Source: an uncultured Acetatifactor sp.
GTDB taxonomy: Bacteria; Bacillota; Clostridia; Lachnospirales; Lachnospiraceae
Length of the DNA stretch: 64,000 nucleotides
Reading direction: 5' to 3'
Assembly: GCA_964018205.1 (NCBI GenBank)
Contig: CAXHOW010000001.1
Coordinates: 158,150 to 222,149, forward strand
Shown: positions 33,709-43,686 of the stretch, one piece after another
How the letters are laid out: each line of letters opens with the position of its first letter
Numbering within the stretch: the first letter of the stretch is position 1
Made by a program: the position numbers and the translations under genes
Notes under the pieces: model-generated
Told to the model about the DNA's origin: nothing
Database searches by the model: none
Seen by the model: the letters and a program-made list of their open reading frames with translations, nothing else

Positions 33709-35553
33709 ATGTCAAACAATATGCAAAAAAGAGAAGATGTCAGGAATGTTGCCATCATAGCCCATGTAGACCACGGCAAGACGACTCTGGTGGACGAGCT
33801 GCTGAAACAGAGCGGCGTGTTCCGGGAAGGTCAGGATGTTGCGGAACGAGTCATGGACTCCAACGATATCGAGCGCGAGCGAGGCATCACCATCCTTTCC
33901 AAAAATACCGCCGTCATGTACAAGAACACAAAAATAAATATCGTGGATACGCCGGGACATGCTGATTTCGGAGGCGAGGTGGAGCGTGTCCTGAAAATGG
34001 TAAACGGTGTCATTCTGGTGGTGGATGCCTTCGAAGGCCCAATGCCCCAGACCAAGTTCGTCCTCCGGAAAGCCTTGGAGCTGAAACTCCCTGTCATCGT
34101 CTGCATCAACAAGATCGACCGCCCCGAGGCAAGGCCCGATGAGGTGGTGGACGAGGTACTGGAGCTGTTTCTGGAGCTGGATGCCGACGATTCCCAGCTT
34201 GACTGTCCCTTTGTCTATGCTTCTGCAAAGGCAGGTGTTGCATCCATGGAATCCGACGCTCCGGGGAACAATATGGAGCCCCTCTTTGAGACCATACTGA
34301 ACTATATCCCTGCACCGGAGGGTGATCCTGACGCAGGGACCCAGGTTCTCATCAGCACCATCGATTACAACGAGTATGTGGGGCGTATCGGCATCGGCAA
34401 GGTGGATAACGGATCCATCAAAGTGAATCAGGAAGTCGTTATCTGCAATCACCATGATCCGAACAAGCAGACCCGCGTAAAAGTCAGCAAGCTCTACGAG
34501 TTCAACGGACTGAACAAGGCGGAGGTTAAGGAAGCCCATATCGGCTCTATCGTTGCGATCTCCGGCATCGCCGACATCCACATCGGAGATACCTTGTGCT
34601 CCCCGGATGCCGTTGTCCCCATCCCCTTCCAGAAGATCAGCGAGCCCACTATCGCCATGCAGTTTATGGTAAACGATTCTCCCCTTGCAGGTCTGGAGGG
34701 CAAATATGTTACCAGCCGTCATATCCGGGACAGACTGTTCCGGGAGCTGAATACGGATGTGTCCCTGCGGGTGGAGGAGACCGACACCACGGAATGCTTC
34801 AAGGTGTCCGGCAGAGGAGAGCTGCACCTATCTGTGCTGATCGAGACCATGCGGCGGGAAGGTTATGAATTCGCTGTCAGCAAGGCAGAGGTTCTCTATC
34901 ATACCGACGAGAACGGAAAACGCACCGAGCCCATGGAGCTGGCCTATATCGATGTTCCCAACGAGTTCGCCGGATCTGTCATAGAAAAGCTGGGGCAGCG
35001 GAAGGGCGAACTGCGCAACATGGGCAATATCTCCGGGGGCACCTACACCCGGCTGGAGTTTTCCATCCCTGCCAGAGGCCTTATCGGCTATAGAGGCGAG
35101 TTTTTGACGGACACAAAAGGCAACGGTATATTAAATACGGTTTTTGACGGCTATGCCCCCTATAAAGGTGACATTATGTACAGGCATCAAGGCTCCCTGA
35201 TCGCTTTTGAAGCGGGAGAAGCCATCACCTACGGCCTTTTCAATGCACAGGAACGCGGCACCCTTTTCATCGGCCCCGGTCAGAAGGTCTACGCAGGCAT
35301 GGTTATAGGCCAGACCGGCAGAAGCGAGGACATCGAGGTGAACGTATGCAAGAAAAAGCAGCTGACCAACACCCGCTCCTCCAGCGCTGACGAGGCCCTC
35401 CGTCTCGTCCCTCCCAAGATCCTCTCCATGGAGCAGGCTCTGGACTTCATCGATACGGACGAGCTGCTGGAGGTTACGCCCAAGAACCTGAGGATCCGCA
35501 AGAAGATACTGGATCCAACTATGCGGAAACGCGCAGCCCAGCGGAAAGAATAA
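33709..35553 (+). CDS. typA: Translational GTPase TypA/BipA
   Basis: 614 aa. [27 protein letters not shown] and NKIDR. Confidence 0.95.
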   Translation: MSNNMQKREDVRNVAIIAHVDHGKTTLVDELLKQSGVFREGQDVAERVMDSNDIERERGITILSKNTAVMYKNTKINIVDTPGHADFGGEVERVLKMVNGVILVVDAFEGPMPQTKFVLRKALELKLPVIVCINKIDRPEARPDEVVDEVLELFLELDADDSQLDCPFVYASAKAGVASMESDAPGNNMEPLFETILNYIPAPEGDPDAGTQVLISTIDYNEYVGRIGIGKVDNGSIKVNQEVVICNHHDPNKQTRVKVSKLYEFNGLNKAEVKEAHIGSIVAISGIADIHIGDTLCSPDAVVPIPFQKISEPTIAMQFMVNDSPLAGLEGKYVTSRHIRDRLFRELNTDVSLRVEETDTTECFKVSGRGELHLSVLIETMRREGYEFAVSKAEVLYHTDENGKRTEPMELAYIDVPNEFAGSVIEKLGQRKGELRNMGNISGGTYTRLEFSIPARGLIGYRGEFLTDTKGNGILNTVFDGYAPYKGDIMYRHQGSLIAFEAGEAITYGLFNAQERGTLFIGPGQKVYAGMVIGQTGRSEDIEVNVCKKKQLTNTRSSSADEALRLVPPKILSMEQALDFIDTDELLEVTPKNLRIRKKILDPTMRKRAAQRKE

Positions 35554-35564
35554 ATTTATTCGGT

Positions 35565-35599
35565 AAAAGCCCCTTGCTGTCTGACAGCCGGGGGCTTTT
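35565..35599 (+). terminator. Rho-independent terminator of typA
   Basis: AAAAGCCCC-(loop)-GGGGGCTTTT followed by A/T. Confidence 0.8.
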
Positions 35600-35788
35600 A
35601 TCAGCATACACCACAAGAAATATTACTGTTCCTTGTACTTGGCGTATAGGCCTGCACGTCCGCTGCTGTATTTTTTTCGGAAAATATGCAAGACTTGAAT
35701 TGCTATAGACTCACTTCAGACTACGAAAAATAACATTTTCATACATTCTTTCCCCGGAAACCTATATCTTTGACACTCATGCTTTCAA

Positions 35789-35906
35789 ACTTATAGTTTC
35801 AGGGACTTAAATTTTCAAGAACTTATCCTTTCAGGAACTAAGAACTTATTCTTTCAGGAGCTTATTCTTTCAGGAACTTATTCTTTCAGGAACTCATTCT
35901 TTCAGA
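35789..35906. repeat. Tandem array of a 16-bp unit (about 7 copies, 5 well conserved)
   Basis: Units AACTTATTCTTTCAGG or close variants at 35789, 35805, 35820, 35843, 35859, 35875 and 35891. One 7-nt interruption at 35836-35842. Confidence 0.9.
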
Positions 35907-36169
35907 CACCTTCATACAGATACCCTTCCTTTCAGACAATTTTCTTTGGAAACCTCTTCCTCGGGACACTCTCTGATCACCAGCTTGAATATACCAGAAG
36001 CTTGAAATAAGCTTTAGAATAACTGACTTTCGCTTTCTCTTTTGAATTTAGTATGAATATACCAAATCCAAAAGAGAAAGTCAATCTTTTTATAAAAATA
36101 TATCTAAAAAGTTAAAATATCGTTACTGTTCACACGTCGGCTTGACTGAAAGAAACCGATGGTATAGAC

Positions 36170-36237
36170 GGATTTTTAACACTTGTAAATAGAATAATAT
36201 GGCGGATTTTTAACACTTGTAAATAGAATAATATGGC
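36170..36237. repeat. Perfect 34-bp tandem duplication of the IS left terminus
   Basis: GGATTTTTAACACTTGTAAATAGAATAATATGGC at 36170-36203 and again at 36204-36237. Confidence 0.95.
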
Positions 36238-36326
36238 AGAAACCGCATAACTGCGGCTTTTTTTATGTCAAGTTTATAAAATTTTAATGTTGTATGGTGT
36301 TGTGTTTCACGTGAAACCATGGTATA

Positions 36327-38198
36327 ATGAAGGGTATGAAACTTTGGTATGACAGAAAATCAAAAGACCCGACCTATTTCGTCCAGCTGGGAATCAGGAA
36401 CGGCAAAAAGACAACTACAAAAAACATTGCAAGGATCGGCAGGCATTCAGAGCTTCTGGGAATAACCGACGACCCTCTCTCCTATGCAAGGGAGCAGGTC
36501 GCTAAATATAATGAGGAGGCTAAAAATAATAACCAGGTTTCTCTGGAACTCAAAATTAACTTTGCCGAAAAACTTAAGGCCGACAATGCCACAGCCTCTT
36601 CCAGCAGGCAGCTTAACATTGGCTACTTCTTTCTCCAGCAGCTTTACCACGACCTGGAGATCAGCTCCTTTTTTGATGCTGCGACAGCCGACTCGAAGAT
36701 TACATTTGACCCAAACCTGGTAAACAGGTTCCTTACCTGTGCCCGTATCCTCCATCCGGATTCCAAACTCGGTACATACCGGCACCTGGCAGACTTTTAC
36801 GAACAGCCCCGGTTTGATTACATGCATATCATGCGGACCATGGATATCATGGAGGAACATTATGACGAATACATCACCCACCTGTTTGAAAAGAGCAGAA
36901 ACATCGTAAAAAGGGACACTTCCGTCTGCTTCTATGACTGCAGCAACTATTATTTTGAAACAGAAACGGAAGATGACGATTATGTGGATGAGGTGACCGG
37001 GGAAACGGTCAGGGGCCTGCGCAAATATGGGCCGTCCAAAGAGCACCGCCCCAACCCTATCGTGGAGATGGGGCTGTTCATGGACAGGGAAGGCATCCCC
37101 CTTTCCATGTGCATCACTTCCGGTTCCGACAACGAACAGACTACCGCCATCCCGCTTGAGAAGAAGCTTACGCAGATGTTCAGGGGGAAAAAATTCATAT
37201 ACTGTGCGGATGCAGGGCTGGGATCCCTCAACATAAGGAATTTCAATTCCATGGGCGGGCGTGCCTTTATTGTTACCCAGTCCGTGAAAAAACTTTCCGG
37301 CACCTTAAAGGAAGCAGTATTTAATGATTACGGCTACAGGCTCCTTTCCTCTGATCTGCCTGTAACCATTCAGGACATGAAGGCTTTTGACAGGTTTGAT
37401 AAAGGGAATAAGGAATTATATAACGACAGGGCTTACAAAATCCTGCCGGCTGACAAAGCTTTCGACCTGGGGCTTTATGAGGAAAAAATACTGAAAAACG
37501 GTAAGGTAAAGATGGTAAAGTCAAAAGCCACCGTGAAGCAGAAAGTCATAATTACCTTTTCCAGAAAAATGATGGAATACCAGCGCCGTATCCGTAACCG
37601 CCAGGTAAAGCGGGCGGAAAAGATGCTTGCCACCCTTGACCCGGACACCTACAAAAAGGGCCCCCATGATGTCACCCGTTTTATTAAACGCACTTCTTCC
37701 ACAAAATCCGGGGAAGAAGTGACAGACCTGTATGAACTGGACAGAAGCGTTATAGAGGAAGAGGAAAAATACGACGGCTATTATGCCGTGGCAACAAACC
37801 TTGATGACCCTGCAAAAACCATAATCGAAATCAGCTCCAACAGGTATAAGATCGAGGACTGCTTCCGGGTGATGAAAACAAACCTTTCCGCACGTCCGGT
37901 ATACCATCAGAAGCCGCAACGTATTGTTGCCCACTTCATGATCTGTTACACTGCACTGCTGGTCTACCGGCTGCTGGAAGCAAAGCTGGACCGGTATGGG
38001 ACACATTTTACAATTGAAAATATCATTGAAACACTGAATAACATGGAAGTAGCAAACATAGAGGATATGTGTTATATGTCAACTTACAATAACTCGCAGG
38101 TCTGTACAGCCCTGAATGCTGTTTTTGATCTTGGCCTGGACAAAAAATACTACCAGCCCAAAGAACTGAATAAAAAAATCAAAAAAATTTCCAGGTAG
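36327..38198 (+). CDS. IS1634-family (IS4 superfamily) transposase
   Basis: 623 aa. The N-terminal pattern (YFVQLGIRNGKKTTTKNIARIGRHSELL) and C-terminal YKIEDCFRVMKTNLSARPVYH resemble IS1634-type DDE transposases. Confidence 0.8.
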   Translation: MKGMKLWYDRKSKDPTYFVQLGIRNGKKTTTKNIARIGRHSELLGITDDPLSYAREQVAKYNEEAKNNNQVSLELKINFAEKLKADNATASSSRQLNIGYFFLQQLYHDLEISSFFDAATADSKITFDPNLVNRFLTCARILHPDSKLGTYRHLADFYEQPRFDYMHIMRTMDIMEEHYDEYITHLFEKSRNIVKRDTSVCFYDCSNYYFETETEDDDYVDEVTGETVRGLRKYGPSKEHRPNPIVEMGLFMDREGIPLSMCITSGSDNEQTTAIPLEKKLTQMFRGKKFIYCADAGLGSLNIRNFNSMGGRAFIVTQSVKKLSGTLKEAVFNDYGYRLLSSDLPVTIQDMKAFDRFDKGNKELYNDRAYKILPADKAFDLGLYEEKILKNGKVKMVKSKATVKQKVIITFSRKMMEYQRRIRNRQVKRAEKMLATLDPDTYKKGPHDVTRFIKRTSSTKSGEEVTDLYELDRSVIEEEEKYDGYYAVATNLDDPAKTIIEISSNRYKIEDCFRVMKTNLSARPVYHQKPQRIVAHFMICYTALLVYRLLEAKLDRYGTHFTIENIIETLNNMEVANIEDMCYMSTYNNSQVCTALNAVFDLGLDKKYYQPKELNKKIKKISR

Positions 38199-38453
38199 GC
38201 TTTCCATACAACATCCATGATCATGAAAAAAATGGCGCAAACCCAGTAAAATCAAGGGATAGCGCCATTTTGCATTTCTTTAAGTGTTAAAGATGGGATT
38301 ATAAAAAAGAGGATTTGGGGGGTCAAGTATCGTTTTCTCTTATTCGTAACGGATCTGTACGTAATTATGGAAAGGCAGGGACTGGTAAATGCTGCGGAGC
38401 CGCAAAAGCGCAAGCAAGCTCTCTTTTGCGGCCCCGGTTTTCCTTACCCGTAC

Positions 38454-39812
38454 TCAATGCTCCAGCATATTCTCAATAAATATCCCATACCCTTTGCTGC
38501 TGTCCTGCACCAGCACATGGGTCACCGCCCCGATGAACTTTCCGTTCTGGATAATAGGGCTGCCGCTCATCCCCTGCACGATACCCCCGGTTGCCGCCAA
38601 TAGGTCAGGATCCGTCACTGTCAGCTCGATCCCGCGGTTTACGTTGTCATGATCCAGATGCACAGCCGTGATATCCACGTCATAATACCGGGTGACGCCG
38701 TCCACGGTACATAAGACTCTGGCAGGTCCCAGTTGGATCTCCTGCTTCAGCCCTATGGGCAACGGCTCCTTCTCCCCCATCTCCAGCGCCCTGCTGTTAC
38801 AGATGCCAAAGATACCCTGAACACTGTTGTCGGTTATCTCGCCAAGGATCCGGTCGTCGGAATAAATGATCATTCCCGTCATCTCGCCGGGATTTCCTGC
38901 GCTTCCCTTCTGGATGTCCACGATGTCCGTCTGGTACAGCGTTCCGTCCTCCATATGCATCAGGGTGCTAGTATCCACATCCGTGATGCCGTGCCCAAGC
39001 GCACCGAAATTATCCCTGCTGTCGATATAAGTCATGGTGCCCACACCTTGGGCATTGTCCCTTATCCATACCCCGATCTTGTAGCTGCCTGCTGCGTCCT
39101 TTGCCGGCGTGACCTTCACGTCCATCTCTTCTCCGTCCCGTTCCACAGTGAGCCTGATCTCTCTGCCGCCGCTGTTTTCCACCCTTTTGGTAAAGTCATC
39201 CTTCTCCGTCACCGGCTCCCCGTCAATACAGCGGATGTAATCACCGGATTTCAGGACATACTTTGCAGGCGAATAGCTGACGCCGTCTCCGCCCTTGAAT
39301 TCTCCCGTTCCCACCACCAGAACGCCGTCGGTCTTTACATAGATTCCCACTGGCATACCTACCGGGATGAGCTCCTGATCTTCGATTACACGTATATCGA
39401 TATTCTTAAAAGACAGAAACCCGAAAAGCTTCACCTGCATCCGATAACCGGATTCTGCACCTGCTTTCAGGGTCACTGTCTTGCTAAGATCGATATCTAC
39501 TGCTCCCTTGGGGATATTGCTGGTTCCCTGATCACTTACGCTGACAATGTCGCCCCTCGCGGGAACTCCCAGCAAAAAAGATTCCTCCTCGCCGGCACGC
39601 ACATTGATCACGGATGGGATGCTCCTGTCAAGATAATAATAGAAGGATCCGGCCAGTGCGGTGCAGCTCAGCGCCAGCGCCAGACATAGGCAGGCCCGAT
39701 AGATCTTCAGATGTCTTACTCTTCTTTTACAGTCCTGCATCAGAACCCTCATGTCCTCGCATGCACATTCTTTAATGCCTCTGTCTTTATCCCTCTGCAG
39801 ATCCATATCCAC
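38454..39812 (-). CDS. spoIVB: SpoIVB peptidase (S55, PDZ-containing)
   Basis: 452 aa. GVGTMTYIDSRDNFGALGHGITD and GMSGSPIIQNGKFIGAVTHV. Confidence 0.9.
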   Translation of the reverse strand: MDMDLQRDKDRGIKECACEDMRVLMQDCKRRVRHLKIYRACLCLALALSCTALAGSFYYYLDRSIPSVINVRAGEEESFLLGVPARGDIVSVSDQGTSNIPKGAVDIDLSKTVTLKAGAESGYRMQVKLFGFLSFKNIDIRVIEDQELIPVGMPVGIYVKTDGVLVVGTGEFKGGDGVSYSPAKYVLKSGDYIRCIDGEPVTEKDDFTKRVENSGGREIRLTVERDGEEMDVKVTPAKDAAGSYKIGVWIRDNAQGVGTMTYIDSRDNFGALGHGITDVDTSTLMHMEDGTLYQTDIVDIQKGSAGNPGEMTGMIIYSDDRILGEITDNSVQGIFGICNSRALEMGEKEPLPIGLKQEIQLGPARVLCTVDGVTRYYDVDITAVHLDHDNVNRGIELTVTDPDLLAATGGIVQGMSGSPIIQNGKFIGAVTHVLVQDSSKGYGIFIENMLEH

Positions 39813-39915
39813 ACACTCCCTAACTGTCGAATCGCCTCAGCCCGGCTCTGCCTCCGGCAGGAGGTCTGCTCCTTGAACTGCCGTGCTGCTGCGACAAACC
39901 AATATGCTCCAGCTA

Positions 39916-39944
39916 TAGTATGTGAATTTTTTTCTATTTCATAC
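39916..39944 (-). promoter_or_regulatory. Forespore sigma-G/sigma-F-type promoter candidate for spoIVB
   Basis: Minus strand reads GTATG, 17 nt, CATACTA, about 105 nt upstream of the start. It matches the recalled consensus GnATr-N17/18-CATnnTA. Confidence 0.45.
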
Positions 39945-40088
39945 TTGGTTCTTTATGCCTGATTTTTCATTTTCTCTAAAAAACCTGCTCTTATCTGTTC
40001 TTTCTTATATTTATTAACCGCTTTTCTTACTTATTTTTATTATATTTTCTATTACATATTTTTATTACTTGTTTTTCCTACTTTCTTC

Positions 40089-41780
40089 TTATACCTGATT
40101 TTTCTTATGCCCCATAGCCTGCGCGCGCATTTCCCTTGCGTTGGACAGCGCCGCCTCCGTCAGCGCGTCGCTTCCTAAAAGCCGCGCCAGCTCCCCTAGG
40201 CTTTCCTCCTCGGACATCTGACGGATATCGGTGATGGTATTGTCGTCTCTGGCATTTTTTTCAATCACAAAATGCCTGTCTGCCATGGCGGCGATCTGGG
40301 GCAGATGAGTGATGCAGAGCACCTGATGGGAAAAGCCCACCTTGTCCAGCTGCTCCGATACTCTCCATGCCGTCCTGCCGCTGATACCTGTATCTATTTC
40401 ATCAAAAATCAAGGTGTCGATATCGTCCCTTCCCGCCAGCACCGTCTTGATAGCCAGCATGATACGGGACAGCTCGCCCCCGCTGGCCACCTGACTCAAG
40501 GGCTTCAAAGGCTCTCCGGGATTCACGGAAATCAGGAACTCCACGTCGTCATAGCCCTTGGCGGTGATATTCTGGGCCCTGCCTACGGCAATCTCAAATT
40601 CCACGGTCATGAAATTCAGATGCACCAGCGCTGCCTTGAGCTGCTCTGTCAGCACCTTTCCGTTCTTTTTTCTTATTTTGGAAAGCTTCCCGCAGGCTTT
40701 TTCAAGTCTGTCCTGCGCACTTTTAAGTTTCTCCGCCAGCTGTTCCATGTATACATCATAATCCTCCAGCTTGTCCAGAACTTTCTGTCTCTCCTCTCCA
40801 TAGGCTATCACCGCTTCCAGAGAGCTGCCATATTTTTCCTTCAGACGGTTCAGGAGGTTCAGTCTCTCCTCCACTGCGGCAAAGTCCTCCCCGTCGAATT
40901 CACAGTCCTCCATGTACTCCGCCAGATCCCTATTGTAATCCGCAAGGAGATCGTCGATCTCCGACAGCTGGTTCTCCAGCTCTCCCAGACGGTCATCCAG
41001 CCCCGACACCGCCCGCAGCGCCCGAAGCGCCCTGCTCAGCGCGCTCCCGGCACCTTCGTCAAAATCGCTTCCGGTATATTGATAGCTCTCCCCCAGACTC
41101 TCCATAATTCTTTTTCCGTTCACCATCAGGCGATAGTGCCTCTCCAGCTCTTCGTCCTCGCCTGGCACAAGCTTCGCCGCCTCGATCTCCTGAAGCTCAA
41201 ACCTAGCCAGCGCCTGCTCCTTCGTCTTTGTCTCCTCGTCCATGGAATTCTCCTCCAGCGCCCTGCGCAGCCTTGCGCATTCTCTGTAGGCCTCCTCCAC
41301 TGCCTCCGCCGCACCCTGAAATTCCTCCCCGCAGAAAGCATCCAGAATCTCCATATGCTTCTTTTTGTTCAAGAGGGACTGATGCTCATGCTGACCATGA
41401 ATATCGATGAGAAGCTCCGCCAGCTCTTTCACTTGTCTGGCAGTGACGGTCTCCCCGTTGATCCTGCAGACACTTTTCCCCGCCTGCAGCTTCCGGCTGA
41501 TAATGACGCTCCCGTCATCCTCGGCATCCAGCTCCATCTGCTCCAGCTTTTCCCTCACCTTAGGACTGTCACAGACGAACACAAGCTCCACAAGGCCGCT
41601 GTCTGCCCCCTTCCGCAGCATATCCTTTTCAAATTTTCCTCCCAGAGCCAGGTTCACGCTTCCTATCAATAAGGACTTTCCTGCGCCGGTCTCCCCGGTC
41701 AGGATGTTCAGCCCCCTGCCGAACTCTACCTCTGTCTCCTCGATCAGTGCCAGATTTTTCACATGTAAGCTTTGCAGCAT
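40089..41780 (-). CDS. recN: DNA repair protein RecN
   Basis: 563 aa. N-terminal GETGAGKS, long coiled coil, C-terminal ASGGELSRIMLA and LIFDEIDTGISG. Confidence 0.95.
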   Translation of the reverse strand: MLQSLHVKNLALIEETEVEFGRGLNILTGETGAGKSLLIGSVNLALGGKFEKDMLRKGADSGLVELVFVCDSPKVREKLEQMELDAEDDGSVIISRKLQAGKSVCRINGETVTARQVKELAELLIDIHGQHEHQSLLNKKKHMEILDAFCGEEFQGAAEAVEEAYRECARLRRALEENSMDEETKTKEQALARFELQEIEAAKLVPGEDEELERHYRLMVNGKRIMESLGESYQYTGSDFDEGAGSALSRALRALRAVSGLDDRLGELENQLSEIDDLLADYNRDLAEYMEDCEFDGEDFAAVEERLNLLNRLKEKYGSSLEAVIAYGEERQKVLDKLEDYDVYMEQLAEKLKSAQDRLEKACGKLSKIRKKNGKVLTEQLKAALVHLNFMTVEFEIAVGRAQNITAKGYDDVEFLISVNPGEPLKPLSQVASGGELSRIMLAIKTVLAGRDDIDTLIFDEIDTGISGRTAWRVSEQLDKVGFSHQVLCITHLPQIAAMADRHFVIEKNARDDNTITDIRQMSEEESLGELARLLGSDALTEAALSNAREMRAQAMGHKKNQV

Positions 41781-41848
41781 TTTTTATCTCCTATATATGA
41801 TTGACTGTTTTCCGATCCAGCAGCAACCGCTGTTCTTTTCAAAGAATC

Positions 41849-42742
41849 TCACGCCTGCATCTTCCTATGCAGTACCTCCAGAAAGCTGACCTGATTCAGC
41901 TGTATGAATTCTGTCACCTTCTCCGACCGCACCACCCGTATCTTGTCCCCTGTCCGCAGGGGAATGACATGGCTGCCGTCAAAATTCGCCTCCACGGTCT
42001 GGATCCCTCCTCTCCTGCATTCAGGAATCTCGATGTCGATCACATCCTCCGGCGAGAGGATGATGCTTCTCTGGTGCAGGGAATGCGGACAGATGGGAGT
42101 AAGCATGATCAGCCTTGCCCCGGGCTCTACCAGAGGGCCGCCTGCTGAAAGATTATAGCCGGTGGAACCCGTTGGTGTAGTTACGATCACGCCGTCTGCA
42201 TTATAGCTGTTCAGGAATTGTCCGTTTACATAAATATCAAATTTAATGATCTGCAGGGGGCCGCTGCGGGAGATCACGATGTCGTTCAGCGCCCAGTCCT
42301 CCTGCAGGCTTCCGTCCGAAAAGCAGGCTCTGCCGTTCAGCATCATGCGGCTTTCCTGCACATATTCCCCCCGGATCAGTCTCTCCAGAGACTCCTCAAG
42401 ACTAGCCGGCTCTATCTCTGTCATATACCCCAAAGTCCCAAGATTCACGCCCACGATGGGAACATGCAGCTTTCCGATCTCTCTTGCCGCCTGCAGCACG
42501 GTACCGTCCCCGCCCAGCACGATCATACAGTCCGCTTCCTTAAGGGTATCCGCCTCTCCTTTGAGATGACCTGCCCCTTTTAAGGAACCGGAAGCCGGTT
42601 CCGCCTCGGCGCCCTTGCCTTCTTGCCCTCGGGTCACGACAGTGACCCTCTGCCCCTTCAGCTCCAGAAAATCACAGATACGCTTTGTGACAGCAAGGTT
42701 CTTATCCTTATATGTATTTGCATAGATCAGAAAATGCTTCAT
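41849..42742 (-). CDS. nadK: NAD kinase
   Basis: Start at ATG 42742 overlaps the tlyA stop (ATGA). GGDGT motif (IVLGGDGTVL) and TPTGSTGYNLSAGGP. Confidence 0.9.
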   Translation of the reverse strand: MKHFLIYANTYKDKNLAVTKRICDFLELKGQRVTVVTRGQEGKGAEAEPASGSLKGAGHLKGEADTLKEADCMIVLGGDGTVLQAAREIGKLHVPIVGVNLGTLGYMTEIEPASLEESLERLIRGEYVQESRMMLNGRACFSDGSLQEDWALNDIVISRSGPLQIIKFDIYVNGQFLNSYNADGVIVTTPTGSTGYNLSAGGPLVEPGARLIMLTPICPHSLHQRSIILSPEDVIDIEIPECRRGGIQTVEANFDGSHVIPLRTGDKIRVVRSEKVTEFIQLNQVSFLEVLHRKMQA

Positions 42743-43686
42743 AGCCCTCCCTTGTTTCCCTCCATACTGCCACCGCCCTGCAAGGCCTTCCATGCCGCAT
42801 CCACGGTCTCTGCAATCTGCTTTGCCCAGACAAGCGTATGAGACAGTCCGCTGCGCTCCTTCCAGCGTTCCGCAGCAGCGTCCTGCGCCTCTTCTTCCGA
42901 AAGCGGCTCCGCCTGCTCCTTCTTTTCCAGATGCAGAAGATACTCAATATTCCCTTCCGGCCCCCTGATGGGGGAAAATCCCAGATGCAGCACCTGGAAG
43001 CCTATGATATCCGCATAGTCCACAATCCTTCCGATGACTTCACGGTGGATTCCGGGATCCTTGACCACCCCGTTCTTTCCCACCCTGCCCCTGCCCGCCT
43101 CGAACTGTGGCTTGACCAGACATACCATCTGTCCCCCTCTTTTCAGGAGATTCCCTGCAGGGATCAGTATCTTCGTCAGAGAAATGAAGGATACGTCTGC
43201 GCTGGCAAAATCCGGTTCCTCCTGAATATCCGCTCTGTCCATGTAGCGGAAGTTGGTCTGCTCCATGCAGATCACTCTCTCATCCCTCCGCAGCTTCTCC
43301 GCCAGCTGATCTCTGCCTACATCCACGGAATATACCTTTGCTGCCCCATGCTGCAGCATACAGTCCGTAAATCCTCCGGTGGATGCGCCGATATCCATGC
43401 AGACCATGCCCTCCAGCTTTAATCCCCATTCTTCCACAGCCTTTTCCAGCTTCAGGCCGCCTCTGCTCACATATGCAGGCATCCGTCCGAGAATCTGTAT
43501 TTCCGATGTATCCTTTTCATAAAGAGCCCCTGCCTTGCGGGCCTTCTTTCCGTCCACATAGACATCTCCGGCAAGGATCATCTCCTTGGCTCGGGCTCTG
43601 GAGCCTGCATAGCCCCGATTCACCAGGATCACGTCCAGACGCTCCTTTCCCTGACCGCCCCCATCCATCCAACTGCCTTCCATCAC
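42739..43686 (-). CDS. tlyA: TlyA-family rRNA 2'-O-methyltransferase with S4 domain
   Basis: RLDVILVNRGYAGSRARAKEMI (S4), DIGASTGGFTDCMLQHGA (SAM). Has a C-terminal extension of about 50 aa. The start overlaps the dxs stop. Confidence 0.85.
   Translation of the reverse strand: MMEGSWMDGGGQGKERLDVILVNRGYAGSRARAKEMILAGDVYVDGKKARKAGALYEKDTSEIQILGRMPAYVSRGGLKLEKAVEEWGLKLEGMVCMDIGASTGGFTDCMLQHGAAKVYSVDVGRDQLAEKLRRDERVICMEQTNFRYMDRADIQEEPDFASADVSFISLTKILIPAGNLLKRGGQMVCLVKPQFEAGRGRVGKNGVVKDPGIHREVIGRIVDYADIIGFQVLHLGFSPIRGPEGNIEYLLHLEKKEQAEPLSEEEAQDAAAERWKERSGLSHTLVWAKQIAETVDAAWKALQGGGSMEGNKGGL

Larger units (their letters stand above)
36170..38297 (+). mobile_element. IS1634-family insertion sequence (boundaries approximate)
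   Basis: Imperfect terminal IRs share the core TTTAACACTT (left at 36175-36184 and again at 36209-36218; right as AAGTGTTAAA at 38282-38291) and an inner ATGGC block. One transposase ORF. I could not identify a target-site duplication. Confidence 0.7.

Noticed and set aside
35789-35906. Possible CRISPR array
   Set aside because: The repeats are 16 bp and directly abutting with no unique spacers, and no cas genes are in the window.
40272-41672. 466-aa plus-strand ORF
   Set aside because: It is antisense to recN, so it is a shadow ORF.
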